A stretch of 64,000 bases of DNA, taken from the NCBI GenBank assembly GCA_963835065.1, contig CAWIEK010000024.1:64001-128000 (forward strand). Reading direction: 5' to 3'. A model generated the notes under the pieces. It had not been told where the DNA came from. It saw nothing but the letters and a program-made list of their open reading frames with translations, and ran no database searches. Shown in pieces: positions 39,657 through 48,203 of the stretch; the stretch's first letter is position 1, and each line of letters opens with the position of its first letter. The position numbers and the translations under genes were made by a program. This DNA comes from an uncultured Chthonomonadaceae bacterium (lineage in GTDB: Bacteria > Armatimonadota > Chthonomonadetes > Chthonomonadales > Chthonomonadaceae).

Positions 39657-39672
39657 TGCAAGATTCGTGCCA
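39657..39672 (-). promoter_or_regulatory. sigma54 (-24/-12) promoter TGGCACGAATCTTGCA for the EPS operon
   Basis: Exact match to TGGCACG-N4-TTGCW, oriented toward wzz, ~210 bp upstream of its ATG. Confidence 0.85.
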
Positions 39673-40204
39673 ACTTCGCTGTTTCGCGTATCGTCTTCAA
39701 ATTATTACTAAGTGAGTTTACCAGCAAATCGCCCATCCTGCCGCCTTTGTTCTCGTTATCAGCCCTTTTACCGCAGTCGCTTGCGAAAGCAAACCGTTAC
39801 GAACCTTGCCGCGTCCCGAACGTAAGCTATTGTCGGACGAACCCTCGGCCTGCTATAGAGTGACGGGTGGGAATTCCCGGTTAGGCAGTTGATACTTCAT
39901 AGTTGATAGTTGATAGCATGGCAGGAACTACCAACTTTCAGCGTCCCACTGCTTAGGAACCATCCTGCCGGGCGTACCCGTAAATTCAGGTGTTCGGTAT
40001 TCGGGTGTTCGGTGTTCGGGCGTTGGGACCTTATTCATTCGGCGTTGCTTACTAAGTTGCTGATAACGAGCAGTGGATGATTGCGGCGGGGCTTGTTGAC
40101 GCTCATATAGGTTCTGTACGGATGCTTTGCCGGTCGCAGGTTCCCCTAACCGGCGCGCATTGGCTTAAAATTCCGAATACCGGTAATTATTTTTTGGATA
40201 GTCC

Positions 40205-40270
40205 GCATGAACTTGCTGGATTGTCCGAACACCGAATACCGAATACCCAATACCGGCATTTTCAAGATAG
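40205..40270 (+). repeat. 66-bp dispersed element, copy 2
   Basis: gcatgaacttgctggattgtccgaacaccgaataccgaatacccaataccggcattttcaagatag, upstream of the rhomboid gene. Confidence 0.85.
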
Positions 40271-40298
40271 CGCCGCCTATTCCGCGGCAGGAGCGCGC

Positions 40299-41522
40299 GT
40301 GGAACCTAATCATCCCTCATCATCTCAAAATTCAGTTCCACCCGAAAACCCTGTGGAAGATACCTCAGGGGCGGCGAAGGAAGCGGAGGACACGTCTGAA
40401 CTGGAACCCCTGCCGTTTCCTTATGTCAGCGTGATACTGCTGCTGCTGAACACGGCCTTATTTTTGCTGATGTGGAAGCTGGGGCGCGGCGAGGTGAGTC
40501 GCGTGGCCTATTTGTTCGGCGACAAGGAAAACGCCTTGATTCGCGCCGGGCAATGGTGGCGGCTGATTACGCCCATTTTCCTGCATGGCGGCTGGGAACA
40601 TTTGCTTGCCAACAGCCTGACGCTCGTGCTGCTCGGCATGCCGATGGAGCGCATTTACGGAGCGCGTAAATACTTTCTGGTGTACATGCTGGCGGGCATT
40701 GCGGGCAATGTGAGCAGTTTTTGGTTTTCTCCCGCTTCTTCGCTCGGCGCGTCCGGGGCGCTGTACGGCCTGATGGGAGCCGGGTTGGTGTTCCCCCTGC
40801 GCTTTGGGCGCTACATTGACCCCCGCGCCCGCAAAGCATTTTTGACCCAGTTGGCCTGGGCCGCCTTCATCAACCTCAGTATAAACTTCTGGCCGAACAC
40901 AGGGCTTAATCTGGATAAGTTCGCTCACATTGGCGGAATGATCGGCGGGGGATTGGCGGCGCTGCTGTGGCTGCCGGACGTGCTGGAAGAGGAAGCGCCT
41001 TCACCGCTGCAACACCGCGCCCTCTGGAGCGCAGCCGCGCTGATGCTGCTGACGGTTCTGCTGGCCGGATGGCAGCAGTGGCAGTTTGCGCGCCATACCA
41101 TCAGGAGCGTCGCTTCTTATTATACCCTGAATGGAGACGACCCCTGGTGGGGCCTGCAAATACCGTCGGGATGGCTGCCCCGCGATACGGTAGGGCAGGA
41201 TGGCGTGGAATGGCAGGGACCCAATCAGGCGCGGCTGCAAATTCTGGATAATCAGGACGATTCGCTGCGGCTTTCGCAGGCCGAAGACGAATTGAAAGCC
41301 CATCACGCGCAGGAGAGTCCGTATCCCATAGACGGCAAAAACGGCATCAAGGCTGTTTACAAGGAGGGCGACAAAACCGTGGAACTGCATCGGGTCGAAA
41401 CCGACGGACACGCCATCAACATCCTGCTGACCTGCCCGACCTCAGCCTGGCCCCGCGTTCAGCCTATGTTTGAGGCCATGCTCGGCAGCGTCCGCTTCGT
41501 CCACGCGCCGAGGATTAGGTAG
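40299..41522 (+). CDS. Rhomboid intramembrane serine protease with soluble C-terminal domain
   Basis: WWRLITPIFLHGG..H...N, GASG, AHIGG; GTG start after AGGAG. Confidence 0.9.
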   Translation: MEPNHPSSSQNSVPPENPVEDTSGAAKEAEDTSELEPLPFPYVSVILLLLNTALFLLMWKLGRGEVSRVAYLFGDKENALIRAGQWWRLITPIFLHGGWEHLLANSLTLVLLGMPMERIYGARKYFLVYMLAGIAGNVSSFWFSPASSLGASGALYGLMGAGLVFPLRFGRYIDPRARKAFLTQLAWAAFINLSINFWPNTGLNLDKFAHIGGMIGGGLAALLWLPDVLEEEAPSPLQHRALWSAAALMLLTVLLAGWQQWQFARHTIRSVASYYTLNGDDPWWGLQIPSGWLPRDTVGQDGVEWQGPNQARLQILDNQDDSLRLSQAEDELKAHHAQESPYPIDGKNGIKAVYKEGDKTVELHRVETDGHAINILLTCPTSAWPRVQPMFEAMLGSVRFVHAPRIR

Positions 41523-41627
41523 GTATTCGGGGATTCAGGTGTTCAGGAGTAGCCTTGACGCATGGGAGTAATCTTCTGCGCTTCTGCATTGCCTGAACAC
41601 CCGAACACCCGAATACCTGAACACCTG
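41522..41627. repeat. Inverted pair of 8-mer repeats (GGTGTTCA-type) between convergent genes
   Basis: ggtattcggggattcaggtgttcagg ... cctgaacacccgaacacccgaatacctgaacacctg. Confidence 0.85.
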
Positions 41628-41628
41628 C

Positions 41629-42402
41629 CTAACGCTGAACCGGCACGATGATTTCCTGCTGCGCCACTTTGTTTCCTGTGGTTGATGACAGGAAAGTAAG
41701 CGCAAGACGGACGCGCGAACCGGAAATGCCGTTGGGCAGGGGCAGTCGCAGCGTGGAAACGCCGGACGTATCGAAATGTCCCTGCACACCCGGCGCGGAA
41801 TTCGCTTCCGGGGTTTCACTGTCGGACGAAAGCTGAACGTGGTAGGTCAGGGCCTCCAATGCGCTCGCTTTATCGGGATCGGCTTTCAGCGAGAGAACAA
41901 GCGTCCCGCCGCCGGAAGCATCGGCCAGCCACTCGGCGTGAGTAGCGGTAATGGCGGGCAGGGCCGCGGCGTTATCGGAAGCGTTGGGCTGCAAGTGCAG
42001 AATACGCGCGGCCATGCCAAGCGGTCCCAAAGCGGCGCGCTGGCTTTGTACGAGTTCCAGGCTGCTAAGAGCCAGAACCAGAGCAGTTGCAGCATAAGCG
42101 AGGGTACGGGGCCGGAACAAATCGCGCAGGTTCCAGGCCGCGCCCAAACCGCGTGGTTTCGCTGTTTGCTGTTCCGCTTCCAGGTGCGCGTCCAAAGCGT
42201 CCATGATGCTCGCGTGAAGGCGGGCGGGCGGCTCTGCAAGCGGCATTTTGTCCAAATGCGCCCAGACGGACCGCAGCGCAGACACTTCCTCGCGGCACGG
42301 ACCGCAGGCGGCCAAATGGTTGTCCACGCTGACCGTCATCGCCGGATCCAAAGCGCGTTCAATGTAATCTGAAAAAAGTTCGTTTGCCTGTTGACAGTGC
42401 AT
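41629..42402 (-). CDS. Zinc-binding (zf-HC2) transmembrane anti-sigma factor
   Basis: MHC..ANELFSDYI..HLAACGPC (HxxxCxxC), one TM segment, directly downstream of the ECF sigma gene. Confidence 0.88.
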   Translation of the reverse strand: MHCQQANELFSDYIERALDPAMTVSVDNHLAACGPCREEVSALRSVWAHLDKMPLAEPPARLHASIMDALDAHLEAEQQTAKPRGLGAAWNLRDLFRPRTLAYAATALVLALSSLELVQSQRAALGPLGMAARILHLQPNASDNAAALPAITATHAEWLADASGGGTLVLSLKADPDKASALEALTYHVQLSSDSETPEANSAPGVQGHFDTSGVSTLRLPLPNGISGSRVRLALTFLSSTTGNKVAQQEIIVPVQR

Positions 42403-42423
42403 GATTCTTCCTGACAGGGAGGT

Positions 42424-42504
42424 AGGCATTAGATATTTAGATATTAGGCATTAGTAACGAATTTGGCTGCTCGTACTAATTCCTAATGCCTAGTGCCTAA
42501 TGCC
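42424..42504. repeat. Inverted pair of (GGCATTA)/(TAATGCC) repeats
   Basis: aggcattagatatttagatattaggcattag ... ctaattcctaatgcctagtgcctaatgcct. Confidence 0.85.
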
Positions 42505-42540
42505 TGCCGATTGATTGCGCTTGTTTTGACGACACCTGTT

Positions 42541-43119
42541 TTAGAATAGTTCCTTGAGCGGTTCAAGTTTTTCGCGCAGGGTCAGGCGGGCGCGGTTCAG
42601 TCGGGATTTGACGGTTCCGATGGGAAGGGCCAGGGCTTCGGCGATTTCTTCATAAGAAAGCCCTTCCGTGTGGTACAGCACGATCATCGCGCGCTGGTAA
42701 TCGGGCAGGGAATTGATGGCTTGCTGCAGCATATCCTGGCGTTCGCTGGCTTCGGCGCGCATAGCCGGCGTGGGGGCGGGGTCTTCCACCTGCCGCGCGA
42801 CGCTGTTTTCTTCCAGTTCGATGTACTCTTCCAGTGACAGATGCTGTTTGTTGCGCAGGCGCTTGCGCCGATCCAGATACACGTTGGTAACGATACGGAA
42901 TAGCCAGGTGGAAAAGTTGGCCTCGCCGCGAAACAGTTTCAGCGCCTGAAACACCCGAATAAAGGCATCTACGCTGATGTCGTTGGCTTCGTCGTAGTGC
43001 CCGCTCAGGCGGTACGCCAGATTGTACACCCGTTTTTCGTAGGCGTGTATCAGGACGTCAAAGGCGCGTCGGTCGCCCCGCTTGCATTTTTCAATCAGTA
43101 GTCGCTCGGTGTTGTCCAT
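42541..43119 (-). CDS. ECF sigma-70 factor (SigW/RpoE-like)
   Basis: FRGEANFSTWLFRI..N, EGLSYEEIAEAL..PIGTVKSRLNRAR. Confidence 0.93.
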   Translation of the reverse strand: MDNTERLLIEKCKRGDRRAFDVLIHAYEKRVYNLAYRLSGHYDEANDISVDAFIRVFQALKLFRGEANFSTWLFRIVTNVYLDRRKRLRNKQHLSLEEYIELEENSVARQVEDPAPTPAMRAEASERQDMLQQAINSLPDYQRAMIVLYHTEGLSYEEIAEALALPIGTVKSRLNRARLTLREKLEPLKELF

Positions 43120-43125
43120 AGGTAA

Positions 43126-43192
43126 GGCATTAGGCATTAGGCATTAGGTATTAGGTATTCGGACTGATATCTAATGCCTAATACCTAATGCC
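43126..43192. repeat. Inverted pair of (GGCATTA)/(TAATGCC) repeats
   Basis: ggcattaggcattaggcattaggtattaggtattc ... tctaatgcctaatacctaatgcc. Confidence 0.85.
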
Positions 43193-43702
43193 TCATCCTC
43201 TCTGCGCAAGTTCGCGCAGCAGGCGTTCTTCTTCCCGGGAAAGCGCGTGGCTGGCGCGTCCGGCCTGGATGTATTTGGCATATACGCGCGCGTCCATGCG
43301 GCTGTACACGCTGGTCAGCACCACGCCGTCGCCTTGCGCGTTGAGCAGGGCCAGGGAAAAACTCTGTTCGCCGCCCACATCTTCGAAGGCGTCGTAGCGT
43401 ATCAGGTGAACGCGCTGCAAACAGGTGGGCATTTGCGCCTGCAGGACGCCGATGGCTTGTTCCAGGCTGTCCATGCGGCGCTCGGCGCTTTCCACTTTGC
43501 CCAGGTGCGCGGTCAGCGTTTGTTCTAAATTATGGCCTTCCGCGCCGCGCGCAAGAGCGTTGAACCGCAGATTCAAGCGGCGCAGGCGCAGCGCCATAAC
43601 AATCACTGCCAACAGCAGGAACGCGACAAGGCCTGTCAGCGTTAGTAACAACAGGGCGGCGTTATCGCCGCGCAGCAGGTCGCTGCGTACAATATCAGGC
43701 AC
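43193..43702 (-). CDS. DUF4446 family membrane-anchored protein
   Basis: TM + coiled coil + RYDAFEDVGGEQSFSLALLN..GDGVVLTS..R..AR.YAK..LS.EE. Confidence 0.85.
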   Translation of the reverse strand: MPDIVRSDLLRGDNAALLLLTLTGLVAFLLLAVIVMALRLRRLNLRFNALARGAEGHNLEQTLTAHLGKVESAERRMDSLEQAIGVLQAQMPTCLQRVHLIRYDAFEDVGGEQSFSLALLNAQGDGVVLTSVYSRMDARVYAKYIQAGRASHALSREEERLLRELAQRG

Positions 43703-43767
43703 TGCGCAACCTCATTGGCAAATTCAGCGCTGTAGAATTCAGCGTTGTCAACAGGAAAACACACATT

Positions 43768-44265
43768 ATGTCACGCTCCGTTCGCCGCCAGGTCGCTTTC
43801 GTGCTGGTGTTTCTGGTGGTCGTGCTGTTATTTGTTACCATGTATCGGATGGCGGTGGTGCGCGGCAATTCCATGGAACCCACGTATGTCAGCGGGCAGT
43901 TGGTGCTGGTGCGGCGGCGCAACTGGTTCAGCGCGCCCCTGCATCGCAATGATGTGGTGGTGGTGCGCCAGAACCGGGACGTGATTATCAAGCGCGTGTA
44001 TCGTCTGGAAAATGAAGAAATGACGGACACCTTTCCTTATCGGGCGCAGGACGTGAATCTCCGCGTCATGGATTACTACGAGCAGCAGCCTGCCATCCGT
44101 CCGCCGGGTTCGCCGCCGCCCCGCCTGTTCGTGCCGAAAGGGTATATCGTGGTGTTGGGCGACAACCTGCGCGTGTCCGAAGACAGCCGCATCTTCGGCC
44201 CGGTTCCCCTGCGCGACGTGCTGGGCGTCGTCGTCAACAGCCCGCCCCCGCCGTATGCGTGGTAG
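43768..44265 (+). CDS. lepB: Signal peptidase I (S26)
   Basis: GNSMEPT (Ser), IIKRV (Lys), GDN..SEDSR.FGPV. Confidence 0.85.
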   Translation: MSRSVRRQVAFVLVFLVVVLLFVTMYRMAVVRGNSMEPTYVSGQLVLVRRRNWFSAPLHRNDVVVVRQNRDVIIKRVYRLENEEMTDTFPYRAQDVNLRVMDYYEQQPAIRPPGSPPPRLFVPKGYIVVLGDNLRVSEDSRIFGPVPLRDVLGVVVNSPPPPYAW

Positions 44266-44280
44266 GCAAGGAAGGTAACG

Positions 44281-44346
44281 ATGAGTGATGAATGATGAAT
44301 GATGAATTGGATGCACACTCATTACTCATCATTCATCATTCATCAC
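44281..44346. repeat. Inverted pair of heptamer repeats (GATGAAT)n / (ATTCATC)n
   Basis: atgagtgatgaatgatgaatgatgaa ... ctcatcattcatcattcatcac. Confidence 0.85.
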
Positions 44347-44406
44347 TGCACCTAACACCCTCCATTGTAGCACTTGCCTAACGGCTTGTAAAGACCGGAT
44401 ATTGCT

Positions 44407-44970
44407 ATGCGCAACGCTGTGCCTGATTTTTCCGCCGTGTTTCCCGTTGTTTTGTGGGGTAAAACGCAGGCGACGTTTGTTCCTGTCGGCGGGCCGCTTC
44501 CTGTTGGGGAGATGGTGGCGGCATTGGTGTTTGCGCGGGAAGCGGGGCAATTTGCGCTTGCCGACATTGCGGGGCGCGGCTGGTGCATCCCCGGCGGCAG
44601 GCTGGAAGCGGGCGAAACCGCAGAGCAGGCGGCGCGTCGGGAAGTGTGGGAAGAAATCGGCGCCACACTCGGTTCACTGCGTCTAATCGGGCATTGCGTT
44701 CTGTTCGATACTGTTTCCGTCGCTTCCATTCCCGGCGCGGAAAGTCTAAACACGGCGGATAGTTCGGAGCTTGCTCCCGATGAAAACACGCCTGCCCACC
44801 TGATTGCCATGTATAATGCGCAGGTGCTGGCGCGGGTGGAAATTCCTACGGGCAGCGAGTTGCAGGGCGTCCGGCTTGTGCGCTATGAAGACCTTCCCGA
44901 TTGCTACTTCACCTGGGATGCCTTAATGGAAGCCATGTTCCGCCATGCGCAAACCATGAATGATGAGTAG
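44407..44970 (+). CDS. NUDIX hydrolase
   Basis: Nudix box GGRLEAGETAEQAARREVWEEIG. Confidence 0.88.
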   Translation: MRNAVPDFSAVFPVVLWGKTQATFVPVGGPLPVGEMVAALVFAREAGQFALADIAGRGWCIPGGRLEAGETAEQAARREVWEEIGATLGSLRLIGHCVLFDTVSVASIPGAESLNTADSSELAPDENTPAHLIAMYNAQVLARVEIPTGSELQGVRLVRYEDLPDCYFTWDALMEAMFRHAQTMNDE

Positions 44971-44996
44971 GGTCAATACCGTTCAAATAAGAGTTC

Positions 44997-45068
44997 GTAG
45001 GGACACAACATTTGTTGGTGTCCTCTTTCTGGAAGGCAGCGGGCGGACACAACATGTTGTGTCCCTAC
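44997..45068. repeat. GTAG-type REP doublet
   Basis: GTAGGGACACAACATTTGTTGGTGTCC ... GGACACAACATGTTGTGTCCCTAC. Confidence 0.75.
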
Positions 45069-45144
45069 ACCGTTGTTTTTGAGGTAAGGATCGTCTTGTT
45101 TGGACGGTATTGTTCCTAAAACCCTAAAACCATAGGAGACAATT

Positions 45145-46173
45145 ATGGAGTTTCGACAATTGGGCGCGTCCGGCTTTCGGGTTCCGGTTCTCAGCTTCGG
45201 CACAGGGACATTCGGCGGGAAAGGCGATTTTTTCAAGGCGTGGGGCGGCAGCGATGTGGACGAGGCGACCCGGCTGGTGGACATCTGCCTGGAAGCGGGG
45301 CTGTCCATGTTCGACAGCGCGGATGTGTATTCGGGCGGGTTGGCCGAGGAGATTTTAGGCAAGGCGATTGCAGGGCGGCGCGACAAGGTGATTATTTCCA
45401 CCAAAGCGACGTTTCGGAGCGGCGATGGCCCCAATGACGTAGGTTCCTCGCGCTACCATTTGATTCAGGCGTGTGAGGGCAGCCTGCGCCGCCTGGGAAC
45501 CGACTATATTGACCTGTATCAACTGCACGGCTTCGATGCGCTGACGCCCGTTGAAGAAACTCTCAGCGCATTGGACGACCTGGTACGCGCCGGCAAAATA
45601 CGCTACATCGGCTGCTCCAACTTTTCCGGCTGGCACTTGATGAAATCCCTGGCTGTTTCGGAGAAGTACGGATTGTCGCGCTATGTGGCGCATCAGGCGT
45701 ACTACTCGCTTATCGGGCGCGAGTACGAATGGGAACTGATGCCGCTTGGCGTGGATCAAAAAGTGGGCGCGGTGGTGTGGAGTCCGCTCGGATGGGGGCG
45801 GCTGACGGGCAAAATCCGCCGTGACGCGCCCCTGCCCGAAACCAGCCGCCTGCATGTCACAGCGGATGCCGGCCCGCCCGTTGCCGACGAGTATCTGTAC
45901 CGCGTGGTAGACGCTCTGGACGCCGTTGCCACCGAAACAGGCAAAACCGTGCCGCAAATCGCTCTCAACTGGCTGCTGCAGCGTCCTACCGTCGCCAACG
46001 TCATCATCGGGGCGCGTAACGAGGAACAACTGCGCCAAAATCTCGGCGCGGTGGGCTGGAACCTGACGCCCGAACAGGTTGCCCAACTCGACGCGGCCAG
46101 CGCTGTCACCCGCACCTATCCCTACTGGCATCAGGCGGGCTTCAAGGAGCGCAATCCCTTCCCAACGCCCTGA
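45145..46173 (+). CDS. Aldo/keto reductase
   Basis: FDSADVYS, STKA, LGTDYIDLYQLH, GKIRYIGCSN, WSPLG. Confidence 0.95.
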   Translation: MEFRQLGASGFRVPVLSFGTGTFGGKGDFFKAWGGSDVDEATRLVDICLEAGLSMFDSADVYSGGLAEEILGKAIAGRRDKVIISTKATFRSGDGPNDVGSSRYHLIQACEGSLRRLGTDYIDLYQLHGFDALTPVEETLSALDDLVRAGKIRYIGCSNFSGWHLMKSLAVSEKYGLSRYVAHQAYYSLIGREYEWELMPLGVDQKVGAVVWSPLGWGRLTGKIRRDAPLPETSRLHVTADAGPPVADEYLYRVVDALDAVATETGKTVPQIALNWLLQRPTVANVIIGARNEEQLRQNLGAVGWNLTPEQVAQLDAASAVTRTYPYWHQAGFKERNPFPTP

Positions 46174-46314
46174 CGCAAATCGCAATAAAATTCAATTCAG
46201 GAGAAAAACACATCTTCAAGCATTCTTAGCAGGATTCGGGCGGCAGGAAGCGTAACATCCGTTTATCCATTTATCAACAGCAGTTACGAAGGAAGCCAGT
46301 GAAAGGTAAACACA

Positions 46315-48108
46315 ATGTCTGAAACGCCCGCCCGCATTGCCCTGCCCGGCAGCGAACGACACCCCATACCCGGCGCGCGCATCACTGGCGCGACCCCGCC
46401 CGCAGAACAATTGACTGTGACCGTTTACGTTCGGCCCAACCCGAACGCGCCCGCTTTGCCTTCCCCGGAAGCCATCGGCGCGCAACTGCCGCAGGAGCGC
46501 CACTACCTCAGCGACGCGGAGTTTGCCCAAGCCTACGGGGCTGACCCCGCCGACCTGGAAAAAGTCGCGGCGTTTGCGCAGGAATACGGGCTGACCGTCG
46601 AAGAAAGCAGTGAGGAAAAGCGCAGCGTTCGCTTGTCCGGCACGGTGGAAGCCATGCAGCGCGCGTTCGCCGTGGAACTGCACACCTATCAGGCGACGGA
46701 AGAAACCTATCGGGGCCGCATCGGGTCGGTGCTTATTCCCGCCGAACTCGAAGGCATCGTGCAGGCTGTTTTCGGTTTGGACAACCGCCGCGTGGGAAAA
46801 TCACGGCTGAAAAGGGCAAAAAACGCCCTGCCTCCCGCTCACGCCGTGACCGACAATCGCTATTTCCCCTACCAGGCGGCTCAATTGTACAACTTTCCGG
46901 CCAACACGGACGGACAGGGCCAGACGGTCGGCATTTTCGCTTTCAACGACACGTCCGTAGGCGGGTACAGCCTTACCGCGCTGAATACCTACTTCAGCAC
47001 GTATGCCCATGTGCCCACGCCTTCGATTACGGATGTCGTGGTGCATGGCAAGGGCAATACACCCGGCCCGGATGATCCCAATCAAGACCCCTACGACAGT
47101 ACGGGGGAGATCATGCTGGATATTCAAATGGTCGGCTCCGTCGCGCCCAAAGCCAAAATCGTCATGTACTTCACGGCGTTTACGGAGCAGGGCTGGGTGG
47201 ACGCCATTCATGCCGCTATCACGGATACGAAGAACAACCCCAAAGTAATTTCCATCAGCTACGGCAACCCGGAAGATGATCCGCGCGGCGCGTGGACGCA
47301 AGCCGCGATTACACAGGTAGACATGGCCTTCAGCGCGGCTGCCGCCAAAGGCATCACTATCTGCTGCGCGTCGGGTGACGATGGTTCGCGCGACCAGGCC
47401 AGCGATACCCACGCCCATACCGATTACCCCGCGTCCAGCGCGTATGTGCTGGGCTGCGGCGGCACGCGAGTCAACTCGACGAACAATGTGATTACCAGCG
47501 AAGTTGTCTGGAACGACGGGGCGGGCTACCGAAGCGGCGGCGGCGTCAGTAACCTGTTTCCCGTACCCGCGTGGCAGCAGTCCGCAGGCATCCCGCCGTC
47601 CGCCAATCCCGGCCACAAGCGCGGGCGCGGCGTACCCGACGTGAGCGCCCTGGCGCGGAACGTGGTCATCATCCATGTGTCGGGGCAAACGCTGGATACG
47701 GTGGATGGAACCAGCGCGTCCGCTCCCCTGTGGGCCGGCCTGATGGCGCGTCTCAACCAGAAGGTGGGAACTCCTGTCGGCTTTTTCAATCCCCTGCTGT
47801 ATACGCGCTTTGCGAAGGGCGTTCTGCGCGACATTACCAGCGGCAACAACGGCGCGTATAAAGCGGGGCCGGGTTGGGACGCCTGCACGGGCCTGGGCAG
47901 CCCGGATGGAACCAAGCTGGCGCAGGCATTGACCAGCCAACCCGTCACGCCCCACGCGCCGCCGCCTGCAACAAGCAACGACGGAACACAGCCTGCGGAC
48001 ACAACGGCTTTGCTTCAGGCGCAATTGGAGCAGGAACGCGCCGAGCGCCGCCTGCTGCTTGAAACCTTCGCGGCTACGGTACGTCTGCTGGATAAGCAGG
48101 CATCTTGA
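46315..48108 (+). CDS. S53 family peptidase (sedolisin/kumamolisin-like) with prodomain
   Basis: GEIMLD (Glu/Asp), SGDDG, RGVPDVS, GTSASAP (Ser), GWDACTGLGSP; no obvious signal peptide. Confidence 0.93.
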   Translation: MSETPARIALPGSERHPIPGARITGATPPAEQLTVTVYVRPNPNAPALPSPEAIGAQLPQERHYLSDAEFAQAYGADPADLEKVAAFAQEYGLTVEESSEEKRSVRLSGTVEAMQRAFAVELHTYQATEETYRGRIGSVLIPAELEGIVQAVFGLDNRRVGKSRLKRAKNALPPAHAVTDNRYFPYQAAQLYNFPANTDGQGQTVGIFAFNDTSVGGYSLTALNTYFSTYAHVPTPSITDVVVHGKGNTPGPDDPNQDPYDSTGEIMLDIQMVGSVAPKAKIVMYFTAFTEQGWVDAIHAAITDTKNNPKVISISYGNPEDDPRGAWTQAAITQVDMAFSAAAAKGITICCASGDDGSRDQASDTHAHTDYPASSAYVLGCGGTRVNSTNNVITSEVVWNDGAGYRSGGGVSNLFPVPAWQQSAGIPPSANPGHKRGRGVPDVSALARNVVIIHVSGQTLDTVDGTSASAPLWAGLMARLNQKVGTPVGFFNPLLYTRFAKGVLRDITSGNNGAYKAGPGWDACTGLGSPDGTKLAQALTSQPVTPHAPPPATSNDGTQPADTTALLQAQLEQERAERRLLLETFAATVRLLDKQAS

Positions 48109-48158
48109 CAATCGGTTCCTGCCCGCGCCGGATATGGCAGCACATCGCAGCAACGGCT

Positions 48159-48181
48159 GCCGGGGATTTTCAATCCCCGGC
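48159..48181. repeat. Palindromic repeat GCCGGGGATTTTCAATCCCCGGC (also 61453-61475 and 62794-62814)
   Basis: Three copies with an identical 21-bp core, all in the same orientation. Confidence 0.85.
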
Positions 48182-48203
48182 GCATGGGAGGTCAATAAAA
48201 TTA

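Noticed and set aside
39860..39985. Possible structured ncRNA in the divergent intergenic region
   Set aside because: Only loose complementarity (acgggt/acccgt) around a degenerate heptamer pair; no RNA family recognised.
5083..44346. Short repeat arrays as CRISPR arrays
   Set aside because: Units are 7-8 bp in direct tandem without unique spacers, and no cas genes are present.
48105..48203. N-terminal ORF extensions (48105 VHPO, 40077 rhomboid, 13397 TPR, 39565 Wzz, 3978 nuoJ)
   Set aside because: They cross repeats or neighbouring genes; downstream starts have better SD context or domain boundaries.
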